From Eledone cirrhosa (taxonomy: Eukaryota), in the NCBI GenBank assembly GCA_964016885.1, contig CAXHJY010000523.1, forward strand, positions 1 through 64,000: DNA of 64,000 nt, in the 5' to 3' direction. The notes under the pieces are model-generated. The model worked only from the letters and a program-made list of their open reading frames with translations. It was not told the origin of the DNA and made no database searches. Shown here one piece after another: positions 8,548 to 25,500 of the stretch. The translations under genes and the position numbers were made by a program. Within the stretch, counting starts at the first letter, position 1; each line of letters opens with the position of its first letter.

Positions 8548-11500
8548 TGAATATCCACAGTGACACTAGCTGACAGTAAGACACACGCACACAGGCTGAA
8601 TATCCACAGTGATACTAGTTGACAGTAAGACACACACACACAGGCTGAATATCTACAGTGACACTAGTTGACAGCAAGACATACACACACAGGCTGAATA
8701 TCCACAGTGACACTAGCTGACAGTAAGACACACGCACACAGGCTGAATATCCACAGTGACACTAGTTGACAGTAAGACACACGCAGGCTGAATATCCACA
8801 GTGACACTAGCTGACAGTAAGACACACACACACACACACACACAGGCTGAATATCCACAGTGACACTAGTTGACAGTGAGACACACACAGGCTGAATATC
8901 CACAGTGACACTAGTTGAGAGTAAGACACACACACACAGGCTGAATATCCACAGTGACACTAGTTGACAGTAAGACACACACACACAGGCTGAATATCAA
9001 GAATGACACTAGTTGACAGTAAGACGCACACACACACAGGCTGAATATCCACAGTGACAATAGTTGACAGTAAGACACACACACACACAGGCTGAATATC
9101 CACAGTGACACTAGTTGACAGTAAGACACACACAGGCTGAATATCCACAGTGACACTAGTTGACAGTAAGACACACACAAGCTGAATATCCACAGTGACA
9201 CTAGTTGACTGTAAGACACACGCACACAGGCTGAATATCCACAGTGACACTAGTTGACAGTAAGACACACACATTCTGAATAACCACAGTGACACTAGTT
9301 GACAGTAAGACACACACAAGCTGAATATCTACAGTGACACTAGTTGACAGTAAGACACACACACACACAGGCTGAATATCCACAGTGACACTAGTTGACA
9401 GTAAGACACACACAGGCTGAATATCCACAGTGACACTAGTTGACAGTAAGACACACACACACAAGCTGAATATCCACAGTGACACTAGTTGACAGTAAGA
9501 CACACACACACATGCTGAATATCCACAGTGACACTAGTTGACAGTAAGACACACACACACATGCTGAATATCCACAGTGACACTAGTTGACAGTAAGACA
9601 CACACAGGCTGAATATCCACAGTGACACTAGTTGAATGTAAGACACACACACACATGCTGAATATCCACAGTGACACTAGTTGCCAGTAAAACTCACACA
9701 AGCTGAATATCCACAGTGACACTGGTTGACAGTAAGACACTCACACACAGGTTGAATATCCACACTGACACTGGTTGACAGTAAGACACACAGACACAGG
9801 CTGAATATCCACAGTGACACTAGTTGACAGTAAGACAGACACAGGCTGAATATCCAGTGACATTAGTTGAGAGTAAGACACACACACACACAGGCTGAAT
9901 ATCCACAGGGACACTAGTTGACTGTATCACACACACACAGGTTGAATATACACAGTGACACTAGTTGACAGTAAGACACACACACACAGGCTGAATATCC
10001 ACAGTGACACTAGTTGACAGTAAGACACACACACACACAGGCTGAATATCCACAGTGACACTAGTTGACAGTAAGACACACACACACACAGGCTGAATAT
10101 CCACAGTGACACAAGTTGACAGTAAGACACACACACACAGGCTGAATATCCACAGTGACACTAGTTGACAGTAAGACACACACACACACAGGCTGAATAT
10201 CCACAGTGACACTAGTTGACAGTAAGACACACACACACAGGCTGAATTTCCACAGTGACACTAGTTGACAGTAAGACACACACACACACAGGCTGAATAT
10301 CCACAGTGACACTAGTTGACAGTAAGACACACACACACAGGCTGAATATCCACGGTGACACTAGTTGACAGTAAGACACACACACACAGGCTGAATATCC
10401 ACAGTGACACTAGTTGACAATAAGACACACACACACAGGCTGAATATCTACAGTGACACTAGTTGACAGTAAGACACACGCAGGCTGAATATCCACAGTG
10501 ACACTAGCTGACAGTAAGACACACGCACACAGGCTGAATATCCACAGTGATACTAGTTGACAGTAAGACACACACACACAGGCTGAATATCTACAGTGAC
10601 ACTAGTTGACAGCAAGACATACACACACAGGCTGAATATCCACAGTGACACTAGCTGACAGTAAGACACACGCACACAGGCTGAATATCCACAGTGACAC
10701 TAGTTGACAGTAAGACACACGCAGGCTGAATATCCACGGTGACACTAGTTGACAGTAAGACACACACACACAGGCTGAATATCCACGGTGACACTAGTTG
10801 ACAGTAAGACACACACACACAGGCTGAATATCCACAGTGACACTAGTTGACAGTAAGACACACACACACACAGGCTGAATATCCACAGTGACACTAGTTG
10901 ACAGTAAGACACATACACACACAGGCTGAATATCCACAGTGACACTAGTTGACAGTAAGACACACACACACACAGGCTGAATATCCACAGTGACACTAGT
11001 TGACAGTAAGACACACACACACACAGGCTGAATATCCACAGTGACACAAGTTGACAGTAAGACACACACACACAGGCTGAATATCTACAGTGACACTAGC
11101 TGACAGTAAGACACACGCACACAGGCTGAATATCCACAGTGACACTAGTTGACAGTAAGACACACGCACACAGGCTGAATATCCACAGTGACACTAGTTG
11201 ACAGTAAGACACACACATGCTGAATATCCACAGTGACACTAGTTGACTGTAAGACACACACACACAGGTTGAATATCCACACTGACACTGGTTCACAGTA
11301 AGACACACACACACACAGGTTGAATATCCACAGTGACACTAGTTGACAGTAAGACACACACACAGAGGTTGAATATCCACAGTGACACTAGTTGACAGTA
11401 AGACACACACAGGTTGAATATCCAAAGTGACACTAGTTGTCAGTAAGACACACGCACACAGGCTGAATATCCACAGTGACACTAGTTGACAGTAAGACAC

Positions 11501-14500
11501 ACACAAGCTGAATATCCACAGTGACACTAGTTGACTGTAAGACACACACACACAGGTTGAATATCCACACTGACACTGGTTCACAGTAAGACACACACAC
11601 ACACAGGTTGAATATCCACAGTGACACTAGTTGACAGTAAGACACACACAGGTTGAATATCCACAGTGACACTAGTTGACAGTAAGACACACACAGGTTG
11701 AATATCCACAGTGACACTAGCTGACAGTAAGACACACGCACACAGGCTGAATATCCACAGTGATACTAGTTGACAGTAAGACACACACACACAGGCTGAA
11801 TATCTACAGTGACACTAGTTGACAGCAAGACATACACACACAGGCTGAATATCCACAGTGACACTAGCTGACAGTAAGACACACGCACACAGGCTGAATA
11901 TCCACAGTGACACTAGTTGACAGTAAGACACACGCAGGCTGAATATCCACAGTGACACTAGCTGACAGTAAGACACACACACACACACACACACAGGCTG
12001 AATATCCACAGTGACACTAGTTGACAGTGAGACACACACAGGCTGAATATCCACAGTGACACTAGTTGAGAGTAAGACACACACACACAGGCTGAATATC
12101 CACAGTGACACTAGTTGACAGTAAGACACACACACACAGGCTGAATATCAAGAATGACACTAGTTGACAGTAAGACGCACACACACACAGGCTGAATATC
12201 CACAGTGACAATAGTTGACAGTAAGACACACACACACACAGGCTGAATATCCACAGTGACACTAGTTGACAGTAAGACACACACAGGCTGAATATCCACA
12301 GTGACACTAGTTGACAGTAAGACACACACAAGCTGAATATCCACAGTGACACTAGTTGACTGTAAGACACACGCACACAGGCTGAATATCCACAGTGACA
12401 CTAGTTGACAGTAAGACACACACATTCTGAATAACCACAGTGACACTAGTTGACAGTAAGACACACACAAGCTGAATATCCACAGTGACACTAGTTGACA
12501 GTAAGACACACACACACACAGGCTGAATATCCACAGTGACACTAGTTGACAGTAAGACACACACAGGCTGAATATCCACAGTGACACTAGTTGACAGTAA
12601 GACACACACACACAAGCTGAATATCCACAGTGACACTAGTTGACAGTAAGACACACACACACATGCTGAATATCCACAGTGACACTAGTTGACAGTAAGA
12701 CACACACACACATGCTGAATATCCACAGTGACACTAGTTGACAGTAAGACACACACAGGCTGAATATCCACAGTGACACTAGTTGAATGTAAGACACACA
12801 CACACATGCTGAATATCCACAGTGACACTAGTTGCCAGTAAAACTCACACAAGCTGAATATCCACAGTGACACTGGTTGACAGTAAGACACTCACACACA
12901 GGTTGAATATCCACACTGACACTGGTTGACAGTAAGACACACAGACACAGGCTGAATATCCACAGTGACACTAGTTGACAGTAAGACAGACACAGGCTGA
13001 ATATCCAGTGACATTAGTTGAGAGTAAGACACACACACACACAGGCTGAATATCCACAGGGACACTAGTTGACTGTATCACACACACACAGGTTGAATAT
13101 ACACAGTGACACTAGTTGACAGTAAGACACACACACACAGGCTGAATATCCACAGTGACACTAGTTGACAGTAAGACACACACACACACAGGCTGAATAT
13201 CCACAGTGACACTAGTTGACAGTAAGACACACACACACACAGGCTGAATATCCACAGTGACACAAGTTGACAGTAAGACACACACACACAGGCTGAATAT
13301 CCACAGTGACACTAGTTGACAGTAAGACACACACACACACAGGCTGAATATCCACAGTGACACTAGTTGACAGTAAGACACACACACACAGGCTGAATTT
13401 CCACAGTGACACTAGTTGACAGTAAGACACACACACACACAGGCTGAATATCCACAGTGACACTAGTTGACAGTAAGACACACACACACAGGCTGAATAT
13501 CCACGGTGACACTAGTTGACAGTAAGACACACACACACAGGCTGAATATCCACAGTGACACTAGTTGACAATAAGACACACACACACAGGCTGAATATCT
13601 ACAGTGACACTAGTTGACAGTAAGACACACGCAGGCTGAATATCCACAGTGACACTAGCTGACAGTAAGACACACGCACACAGGCTGAATATCCACAGTG
13701 ATACTAGTTGACAGTAAGACACACACACACAGGCTGAATATCTACAGTGACACTAGTTGACAGCAAGACATACACACACAGGCTGAATATCCACAGTGAC
13801 ACTAGCTGACAGTAAGACACACGCACACAGGCTTAATATCCACAGTGACACTAGTTGACAGTAAGACACACGCAGGCTGAATATCCACGGTGACACTAGT
13901 TGACAGTAAGACACACACACACAGGCTGAATATCCACGGTGACACTAGTTGACAGTAAGACACACACACACAGGCTGAATATCCACAGTGACACTAGTTG
14001 ACAGTAAGACACACACACACACAGGCTGAATATCCACAGTGACACTAGTTGACAGTAAGACACATACACACACAGGCTGAATATCCACAGTGACACTAGT
14101 TGACAGTAAGACACACACACACACAGGCTGAATATCCACAGTGACACTAGTTGACAGTAAGACACACACACACACAGGCTGAATATCCACAGTGACACAA
14201 GTTGACAGTAAGACACACACACACAGGCTGAATATCTACAGTGACACTAGCTGACAGTAAGACACACGCACACAGGCTGAATATCCACAGTGACACTAGT
14301 TGACAGTAAGACACACGCACACAGGCTGAATATCCACAGTGACACTAGTTGACAGTAAGACACACACATGCTGAATATCCACAGTGACACTAGTTGACTG
14401 TAAGACACACACACACAGGTTGAATATCCACACTGACACTGGTTCACAGTAAGACACACACACACACAGGTTGAATATCCACAGTGACACTAGTTGACAG

Positions 14501-14848
14501 TAAGACACACACACAGAGGTTGAATATCCACAGTGACACTAGTTGACAGTAAGACACACACAGGTTGAATATCCAAAGTGACACTAGTTGTCAGTAAGAC
14601 ACACGCACACAGGCTGAATATCCACAGTGACACTAGTTGACAGTAAGACACACACAAGCTGAATATCCACAGTGACACTAGTTGACTGTAAGACACACAC
14701 ACACAGGTTGAATATCCACACTGACACTGGTTCACAGTAAGACACACACACACACAGGTTGAATATCCACAGTGACACTAGTTGACAGTAAGACACACAC
14801 AGGTTGAATATCCACAGTGACACTAGTTGACAGTAAGACACACACAGG
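8548..14848. repeat. Near-perfect 3,151-bp tandem duplication within the satellite (about 65 monomers x2)
   Basis: Identical ORF pairs offset by 3151 (8664/11815, 9534/12685, 10745/13896, 11339/14490). Differences seen at 9330/12481 and 10683/13834. Confidence 0.93.
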
Positions 14849-15215
14849 CTGAATATCCACAGTGACACTAGTTGAGAGTAAGACACACACACACACAGGC
14901 TGAATAACCAAAGTGACACTAGTTGACTGTATCACACACACACAGGTTGAATATCCACAGTGACACTAGTTGACGGTAAGACACACACACACAGGCTGAA
15001 TATCCACAGTGACACTAGTTGACAGTAAGACACACGCACACAGGCTGAATATCCACAGTGACACTAGTTGACAGTAAGACACACACACAAGCTGAATATC
15101 CACAGTAACACTACTTGACAGTAAGACACACACACAGGCTGAATATCCACAGTGACACAAGTTGACAGTAAGACACACACACACAGGCTGAATATCCACA
15201 GTGACGCTAGTTGAC

Positions 15216-15254
<39 letters not shown>

Positions 15255-17064
15255 CTGAATATCCACAGTGACACGAGTTGACAGTAAGACACACACACAC
15301 GCACACAGGCTGAATATCCACAGTGACACGAGTTGACAGTAAGACACACACACACAGGTTGGATATCCACAGTGACACTAGTTGACAGTAAGACACACAC
15401 ACACAGGCTGAATATCCACAGTGACACTAGTTGACAATAAGACACACACAGGCTGAATATCCACAGTGACACGAGTTGACAGTAAGACACACACACACAG
15501 GTTGGATATCCACAGTGACACAAGTTGACAGTAAGACACACAGACACAGGCTGAATATCTACAGTGACATTAGTTGACAGTAAGACACACGTAGGCTGAA
15601 TATCCACAGTGACACTAGTTGACAGTAAGACACACGCACACAGGCTGAATATCCACAGTGACACTAGTTGACAGTAAGACACACACACACACACACACAG
15701 GCTGAATATCCACAGTGACACTAGTTGACAGTAAGACACACACAGGCTGAATATCCACAGTGACACTAGTTGAGAGTAAGACACACACACAGAGGCTGAA
15801 TATCCACAGTGACACTAGTTGACAGTAAGACACACACAAGCTGAATATCCACAGTGACACTAGCTGACAGTAAGACACACGCACACAGGCTGAATATCCA
15901 CAGTGACACTAGTTGACAGTAAGACACACACACACGGGCTGAATATCCACAGTGACACTAGTTGACAGTAAGACACACACACACGGGCTGAATATCCACA
16001 GTGACACTAGTTGACAGTAAGACACACGCACACAGGCTGAATATCCACAGTGACACTAGTTGACAGTAAGACACACACATGCTGAATATCCACAGTGACA
16101 CTAGTTGACTGTAAGACACACACACACAGGTTGAATATCCACACTGACACTGGTTCACAGTAAGACACACACACACACAGGTTGAATATCCACAGTGACA
16201 CTAGTTGACAGTAAGACACACACACAGAGGTTGAATATCCACAGTGACACTAGTTGACAGTGAGACACACACAGGTTGAATATCCACAGTGACACTAGTT
16301 GACAGTAAGACACACGCACACAGGCTGAATATCCACAGTCACACTAGTTGACAGTAAGACACACACAAGCTGAATATCCACAGTGACATTAGTTGACTGT
16401 AAGACACACACACACAGGTTGAATATCCACACTGACACTGGTTCACAGTAAGACACACACACACACAGGTTGAATATCCACAGTGACACTAGTTGATAGT
16501 AAGACACACGCACACAGGCTGAATATCCACAGTGACACTAGCTGACAGTAAGACACACACACACAGGCTGAATATCCACAGTGACACTAGCTGACAGTAA
16601 GACACACGCACACAGGCTGAATATCCACAGTGACACTAGCTGACAGTAAGACACACACACACACACAGGCTGAATATCCACGGTGACACTAGTTGACAGT
16701 AAGACACACACAGACACACACACACAGGCTGAATATCCACAGTGACACTAGTTGACAGTAAGACACACACACACACACAGGCTGAATATCCACGGTGACA
16801 CTAGTTGACAGTAAGACACACACACACACACAAGCTGAATATCCACAGTGACACAAGTTGACAGTAAGACACACACACACACACACACAGGCTGAATAGC
16901 CACAGTGACACTAGTTGACAATAAGACACACACACACACAGGCTGAATATCCACAGTGACACTAGTTGACAGTAAGACACACGCAGGCTGAATATCCACA
17001 GTGACACTAGCTGACAGTAAGACACACACACACAGGCTGAATATCCACAGTGACGCTAGTTGAC

Positions 17065-17112
<48 letters not shown>

Positions 17113-17200
17113 CGTGAATATCCACAGTGACACTAGTTGAGAGTAAGACACACACACACACACATACACAGCTTGAATATCCACAGTGACACTAGCTGAC

Positions 17201-17239
<39 letters not shown>

Positions 17240-19137
17240 CTGAATATCCACAGTGACACGAGTTGACAGTAAGACACACACACACACACACACACAGCTT
17301 GAATATCCACAGTGACACTAGTTGACAGTAAGACACACACACATACACAGCTTGAATATCCACAGTGACACTAGCTGACAGTAAGACACACACACAGACT
17401 GAGTATTCACAGTGACACTAGTTGACAGTAAGACACACACACAGAGGCTGAATAACCACAGTGACACTAGTTGACAGTAAAACACACACAGACTGAGTAT
17501 CCAGAGTGACACTAACTGACAGTAAGACACACACAGACTGAGTATCCACAGTGACACTAGTTGACAGTAAGACACACACACACAGGTTGAATATCCACAG
17601 TGACACTAGTTGACAGTAAGACACACACACACACAGGCTGAATATCCACAGTGACACTAGTTGACAGTAAGACAGACACAAGCTGAATATCCACAGTGAC
17701 ACTTGTTGACAGTAAGACACACAGAGGCTGAATATCCACAGTGACACTAGTTGACAGTAAGACACACACTGGCTGAATATCCACAGTGACACTAGTTGAC
17801 AGTAAGACACACACAGGCTGAATATCCACAGTGACACTAGTTGACAGTAAGACACACAGAGGCTGAATATCCACAGTGACACTAGTTGACAGTAAGACAC
17901 ACGCACACAGGGTGAATAACCACAGTGACACTAGTTGACAGTAAGACACACACACACAGACTGAATATCCACAGTGACACTAGCTGACAGTAAGACACAC
18001 ACACACAGACTGAGTATCCACAGGGACACTAGTTGACAGTAAGACACACACAGGCTGAATATCCACAGTGACACTAGTTGACAGTAAGACACACACTGGC
18101 TGAATATCCACAGTGACACTTGTTGACAGTAAGACACACACACACACACACAGGCTGAATATCAACAGTGACTCTAGTTGACAGTAAGACACACACAGGC
18201 TGAATATCCACAGTGACACTTGTTGACAGTAAGACACACACACACAGGCTGAATATCCACAGTGACACTAGTTGACAGTAAGACACACACACGCAGGCTG
18301 AATATCCACAGTGACACTAGTTGACAGTAAGACACACACAGGCTGAATAACCACAGTGACACTAGCTGACAGTAAGACACACACACACAGGTTGAATATC
18401 CACACTGACACCGGTTCACAGTAAGACACACACACACAGGTTGAATATCCACGGTGACACTAGTTGACAGTAAGACACACACAGGCTGAATATCAACAGT
18501 GACACTAGTTGAGAGTAAGACACACACACACACAGGCTGAATATCCACAGTGACACTGGTTGACAGTAAGACACACACAAACACAGGCTGAATATCTGCA
18601 GTGACACTAGTTGACAGTAAGACACACACACACAGGCTGAATATCCACAGTGACACTAGTTGACAGTAAGACACACACACACGCAGGCTGAATATCCACA
18701 GTGACACTAGTTGACAGTAAGACACACACAGGCTGAATATCAACAGTGACACAAGTTGACAGTAAGACACACACACACAGGCTGAATATCCACAGTGACA
18801 CTAGTTGACAGTAAGACACACACACACAGGCTGAATATCCACAGTGACACTAGTTGACCGTAAGAAACACACACGCACACAGGCTGAATATCCACAGTGA
18901 CACTAGTTGAGAGTAAGACACACACACACACACACACACACACAGGCTGAATATCCACAGTGACACTAGTTGACAGTAAGACACACACACACACACAGGC
19001 TGAATATCCACAGTGACACTAGTTGACAGTAAGACACACACACACACACACACACACACAGGCTGAATATCCACAGTGACACTAGTTGACAGTAAGACAC
19101 ACACACAGGCTGAATATCCACAGTGACACAAGTTGAC

Positions 19138-19188
<51 letters not shown>

Positions 19189-20445
19189 CTGAATATCCAC
19201 AGTGACACGAGTTGACAGTAAGACACACACACACACACAGGGTGAATATCCACAGTGACACTAGTTGAGAGTAAGACACACACACACAGGCTGAATATCC
19301 ACAGTGACACTAGTTGACAGTAAGACACACACACACAGACTGAATATCCACAGTGACACTAGTTGACAGTAAGACACACACACACACAGGCTGAATATCC
19401 ACAGTAACACTAGCTGACAGTAAGACACGCACACAGGCTGAATATCCACAGTGACACTAGCTGACAGTAAGACACACACACACAGGTTGAATATCCACAC
19501 TGACACTGGTTCACAGTAAGACACACACACACAGGTTGAATATCCACAGTGACACTAGTTGACAGTAAGACACACACAGGCTGAATATCAACAGTGACAC
19601 TAGTTGACAGTAAGACACACACACACACAGGCTGAATATCCACAGTGACACTAGTTGACAGTAAGACACACACAAACACAGGCTGAATATCTTCAGTGAC
19701 ACTAGTTGACAGTAAGACACACACACACAGGCTGAATATCCACAGTGACACTAGTTGACAGTAAGACACACACAGGCTGAATATCAACAGTGACACTAGT
19801 TGACAGTAAGACACACACACACACAGGCTGAATATCCACAGTGACACTAGTTGACAGTAAGACACACACACACACAGGCTGAATATCCAAAGTGACACTA
19901 GATGACAGTAAGACACACACACACACACAGGCTGAATATCCACAGTGACACTAGTTGACAGTACGACACACACACACAGGCTGAATATCCACAGTGACAC
20001 TAGTTGACAGTAAGACACACACACACACAGGCTGAATATCCACACTGACACTGGTTCACAGTAAGACACACACACATAGGTTGAATATCCACAGTGACAC
20101 TAGTTGACAGTAAGACACACACAGGCTGAATATCCACAGTGACACTAGTTGACAGTAAGACACACACACACAGAGGCTGAATATCCACAGTGACACAAGT
20201 TGACAGTAAGACACACACACACGGCTGAATATCTACAGTGACACTAGTTGACAGTAAGACACACGCAGGCTGAATATCCACAGTGACACTAGTTGACAGT
20301 AAGACAGACGCAGGCTGAATATCCACAGTGACACTAGCTGACAGTAAGACACACGCACACAGGCTGAATATCCACAGTGACACTAGTTGAGAGTAAGACA
20401 CACACACACTGACTGAATATCCACAGTGACACTAGCTGACAGTAA

Positions 20446-20484
<39 letters not shown>

Positions 20485-21453
20485 TGAATATCCACAGTGA
20501 CACTAGTTGACAGTAAGACAGACACACACAGGTTGAATATCCACAGTGACACTAGTTGACAGTAAGACACACACACACTGACTGAATATCCACAGTGACA
20601 CTAGCTGACAGTAAGACACACACACACACACAGATTGAGTATTCACAGTGACACTAGTTGACAGTAAGACACACAGAGGCTGAATATCCACAGTGACACT
20701 ATTTGACAGTAACACACAAACACTCAGGCTGAATAACCACAGTGACACTAGTTGACAGTAAGACACACACACTGAATATCCACAGTAAAACTAGCTGACA
20801 GTAAGACACACACACACAGACTGAGTATCCACAGTGACACTAGTTGACAGTAAGACACACACAGGCTGAATATCCACAGCGACATTAGCTGACAGTAAGT
20901 CACACACACACAGGTTGAATATCCACACTGACACTGGTTCACAGTAAGACACACACACATAGGTTGAATATCCACAGTGACACTAGTTGACAGTAAGACA
21001 CACACACACACAGGCTGAATATCCACAGTGACACAAGTTGACAGTAAGACACACACACACAGAGGCTGAATATCCACAGTGACACTAGTTGACAGTAAGA
21101 CACACACACACAGAGGCTGAATATCCACAGTGACACAAGTTGACAGTAAGACACACACACACAGAGGCTGAATATCCACAGTGACACAAGTTGACAGTAA
21201 GACACACACACACACAGGCTGAATATCCACAGTGACACAAGTTGACAGTAAGACACACACACACAGAGGCTGAATATCCACAGTGACACTAGTTGACAGT
21301 AAGACACACACACACAGAGGCTGAATATCCACAGTGACACAAGTTGACAGTAAGACACACACACACACAGGCTGAATATCCACAGTGACACAAGTTGACA
21401 GTAAGACACACACACACAGGCTGAATATCTACAGTGACACTAGCTGACAGTAA

Positions 21454-21491
<38 letters not shown>

Positions 21492-22118
21492 CTGAATATC
21501 CACAGTGACACTAGCTGACAGTAAGACACACACACACAGGTTGAATATCCACACTGACACTGGTTCACAGTAAGACACACACAGGCTGAATATCAACAGT
21601 GACACTAGTTGACAGTAAGACACACACACACACAGGCTGAATATCCACAGTGACACTAGTTGACAGTAAGACACACACAAACACAGGCTGAATATCTGCA
21701 GTGACACTAGTTGACAGTAAGACACACACACACAGTCTGAATATCCACAGTAACACTAGTTGACAGTAAGACACACACACACACAGGCTGAATATCCACA
21801 GTGACACTAGTTGACAATAAGACACACACAGGCTGAATATCAACAGTGACACTAGTTGACAGTAAGACACACACACACACAGGCTGAATATCCACAGTGA
21901 CACTAGTTGACAGTAAGACACACACAAACACAGGCTGAATATCTGCAGTGACACTAGTTGACAGTAAGACACACACACACACAGGCTGAATATCCACAGT
22001 GACACTAGTTGACAGTAAGACAGACACACACACATGCTGAATATCCACACTGACACTGGTTCACAGTAAGACACACACACATAGGCTGAATATCCACAGT
22101 GACACGAGTTGACAGTAA

Positions 22119-22168
<50 letters not shown>

Positions 22169-22353
22169 CTGAATATCCACAGTGACACTATTTGAGAGCA
22201 AGACACACACACACACTGACTGAATATCCACAGTGACACTAGCTGACAGTAAGACACACACACACACACACACAGGTTGAATATCCACAGTGACACTAGT
22301 TGACAGTAAGACACACACACACAGGCTGAATATCCACAGTGACGCTAGTTGAC

Positions 22354-22392
<39 letters not shown>

Positions 22393-22533
22393 CTGAATAT
22401 CCACAGTGACACGAGTTGACAGTAAGACACACACACACACACACACACAGGCTGAATATCCACAGTGACACTAGTTGAGAGTAAGACACACACACACTGA
22501 CTGAATATCCACAGTGACACTAGCTGACAGTAA

Positions 22534-22568
<35 letters not shown>

Positions 22569-25500
22569 TGAATATCCACAGTGACACTAGTTGACAGTAA
22601 GACACACACACACTGACTGAATATCCACAGTGACACTAGCTGACAGAAAGACACACACACACACACAGATTGAGTATTCACAGTGACACTAGTTGACAGT
22701 AAGACACACACACACAGGCTGAATATCCACAGTGACACTATTTGACAGTAACACACAAACACACAGGCTGAATAACCACAGTGACACTAGTTGACAGTAA
22801 GACACACACACTGAATATCCACAGTGACACTAGCTGACAGTAAGACACACACACACAGACTGAGTATCCACAGTGACACTAGTTGACAGTAAGACACACA
22901 CACACAGGCTGAATATCCACAGTGACACTAGTTGACAGTAAGACACACACAAGCTGAATATCCACAGTGACATTAGCTGACAGTAAGTCACACACACACA
23001 GGTTGAATATCCACACTGACACTGGTTCACAGTAAGACACACACACATAGGTTGAATATCCACAGTGACACTAGTTGACAGTAAGACACACACAGGCTGA
23101 ATATCCACAGTGACACTAGTTGACAGTAAGACACACACACACAGAGGCTGAATATCCACAGTGACACAAGTTGACAGTAAGACACACACACACAGGCTGA
23201 ATATCTACAGTTACACTAGTTGACAGTAAGACACACGCAGGCTGAATATCCACAGTGACACTAGCTGACAGTAAGACACACGCACACAGGCTGAATATCC
23301 ACACTGACACTGGTTCACAGTAAGACACACACACATAGGTTGAATATCCACAGTGACACTAGTTGACAGTAAGACACACACAGGCTGAATATCCACAGTG
23401 ACACTAGTTGACAGTAAGACACACACACACAGAGGCTGAATATCCACAGTGACACTAGTTGACAGTAAGACACACACACACACAGGCTGAATATTCACAG
23501 TGACACAAGTTGACAGTAAGACACAAACACACAGGCTGAATATCCGCAGTGACACTAGTTGACAGTAAGACACACACACACACACACACACAGGTTGAAT
23601 ATCCACAGTGACACTAGTTGACAGTAAGACACACACACACAGGCTGAGTATCCACAAAGACACTAGTTGACAGTAAGACACACAGAGGCTGAATATCCAC
23701 AGTGACACTTGTTGACAGTAAGACACACAGAGGCTGAATATCCACAGTGACACTAGTTGACAGTAAGACACTCGCACACAGGCTGAATATCCTCAGTGAC
23801 ACTAGTTGACAGTAAGACACACACACACAGACTGAATATCCACAGTGACACTAGCTGACAGTAAGACACACACACACAGACTGAGTATCCAAAGGGACAC
23901 TAGTTGACAGTAAGACACACACAGGCTGAATATCCACAGTGACACTAGTTGACAGTAAGACACACAGGCTGAATATCCACAGTGACACTTGTTGACAGTA
24001 AGACACACACACACACAGGCTGAATATCAACAGTGACACTAGTTGACAGTAAGACACACACACACAGGCTGAATATCCACAGTGACACTTGTTGACTGTA
24101 AGACACACGCACACAGGCTGAATATCCACAGTGACACTAGATGGCAGTAAGACACACACAAGCTGAATATCCACAGTGACACTAGTTGACAATAAGACAC
24201 ACACACACACAGGCTGAATATCCACAGTGACACTAGTTGACAGTAAGACACACACACACACACACAGGCTGAATATTCAGAGTGACACAAGTTGACAGTA
24301 AGACACACACACACAGGCTGAATATCTACAGTGACACTAGTTGACAGTAAGACACACGCACACAGGCTGAATATCCACAGTGACACTAGCTGACAGTAAG
24401 ACACACACACACAGGTTGAATATCCACACTGACACTGGTTCACAGTAAGACACACACACACAGGCTGAATATCCACAGTGACACTAGTTGACAGTAAGAC
24501 ACACACACACGCAGGCTGAATATCCACAGTGACACTAGTTGACAGTAAGACACACACAGGCTGAATATCAACAGTGACACTAGTTGACAGTAAGACACAC
24601 ACACACACAGGCTGAATATCCACAGTGACACTAGTTGACAGTAAGACACACACAAACACAGGCTGATATCTACAGTGACACTAGTTGACAGTAAGACACA
24701 CACACACAGGCTGAATATCCACAGTGACACTAGTTAACAGTAAGACACACACACACAGGCTGAATATCCACAGTGACACTAGTTGACAGTAAGACACACA
24801 CACACGCAGGCTGAATATCCACAGTGACACTAGTTGACAGTAAGACACACACACACACAGGCTGAATATCCACAGTGACACAAGTTGACAGTAAGACACA
24901 CACACACACACAAGCTAAATATCCACAGTGACACTAGTTGACAGTAAGACACACACACACACACGGTCTGAATATCCACAGTGACACTAGTTGACAGTAA
25001 GACATACACACACAGGATGAATGTCCACAGTGACGCTAGTTGACAGTAACACACACACACACACAGGCTGAATATCCACAGTGACACTAGTTCACAGTAA
25101 GACACACACTCACACACACACACACACAGGCTGAATATCCACAGTGACACTAGTTGACAGTAAGACACACACACACACATACACAGGCTGAATATCCACG
25201 GTGACACTAGTTTACAGTAAGACACACACACAGGCTGAATATCCACAGTGACGCTGGTTGACAGTAACACACACACACACAGGCTGAATATCCAAAGTGA
25301 CACGAGTTGACAGTAAGACACACACACACACAGGCTGAGTATTCACAGTGACACTAGTTGACAGTAAGACACACAGAGGCTGAATATCCACAGTGACACT
25401 AGTTGACAGTAAGACACACACAGGCTGAATATCAACAGTGACAATAGTTGACAGTAAGACACACACACACAGGCTGAATATCCACAGTGACACTAGTTGA

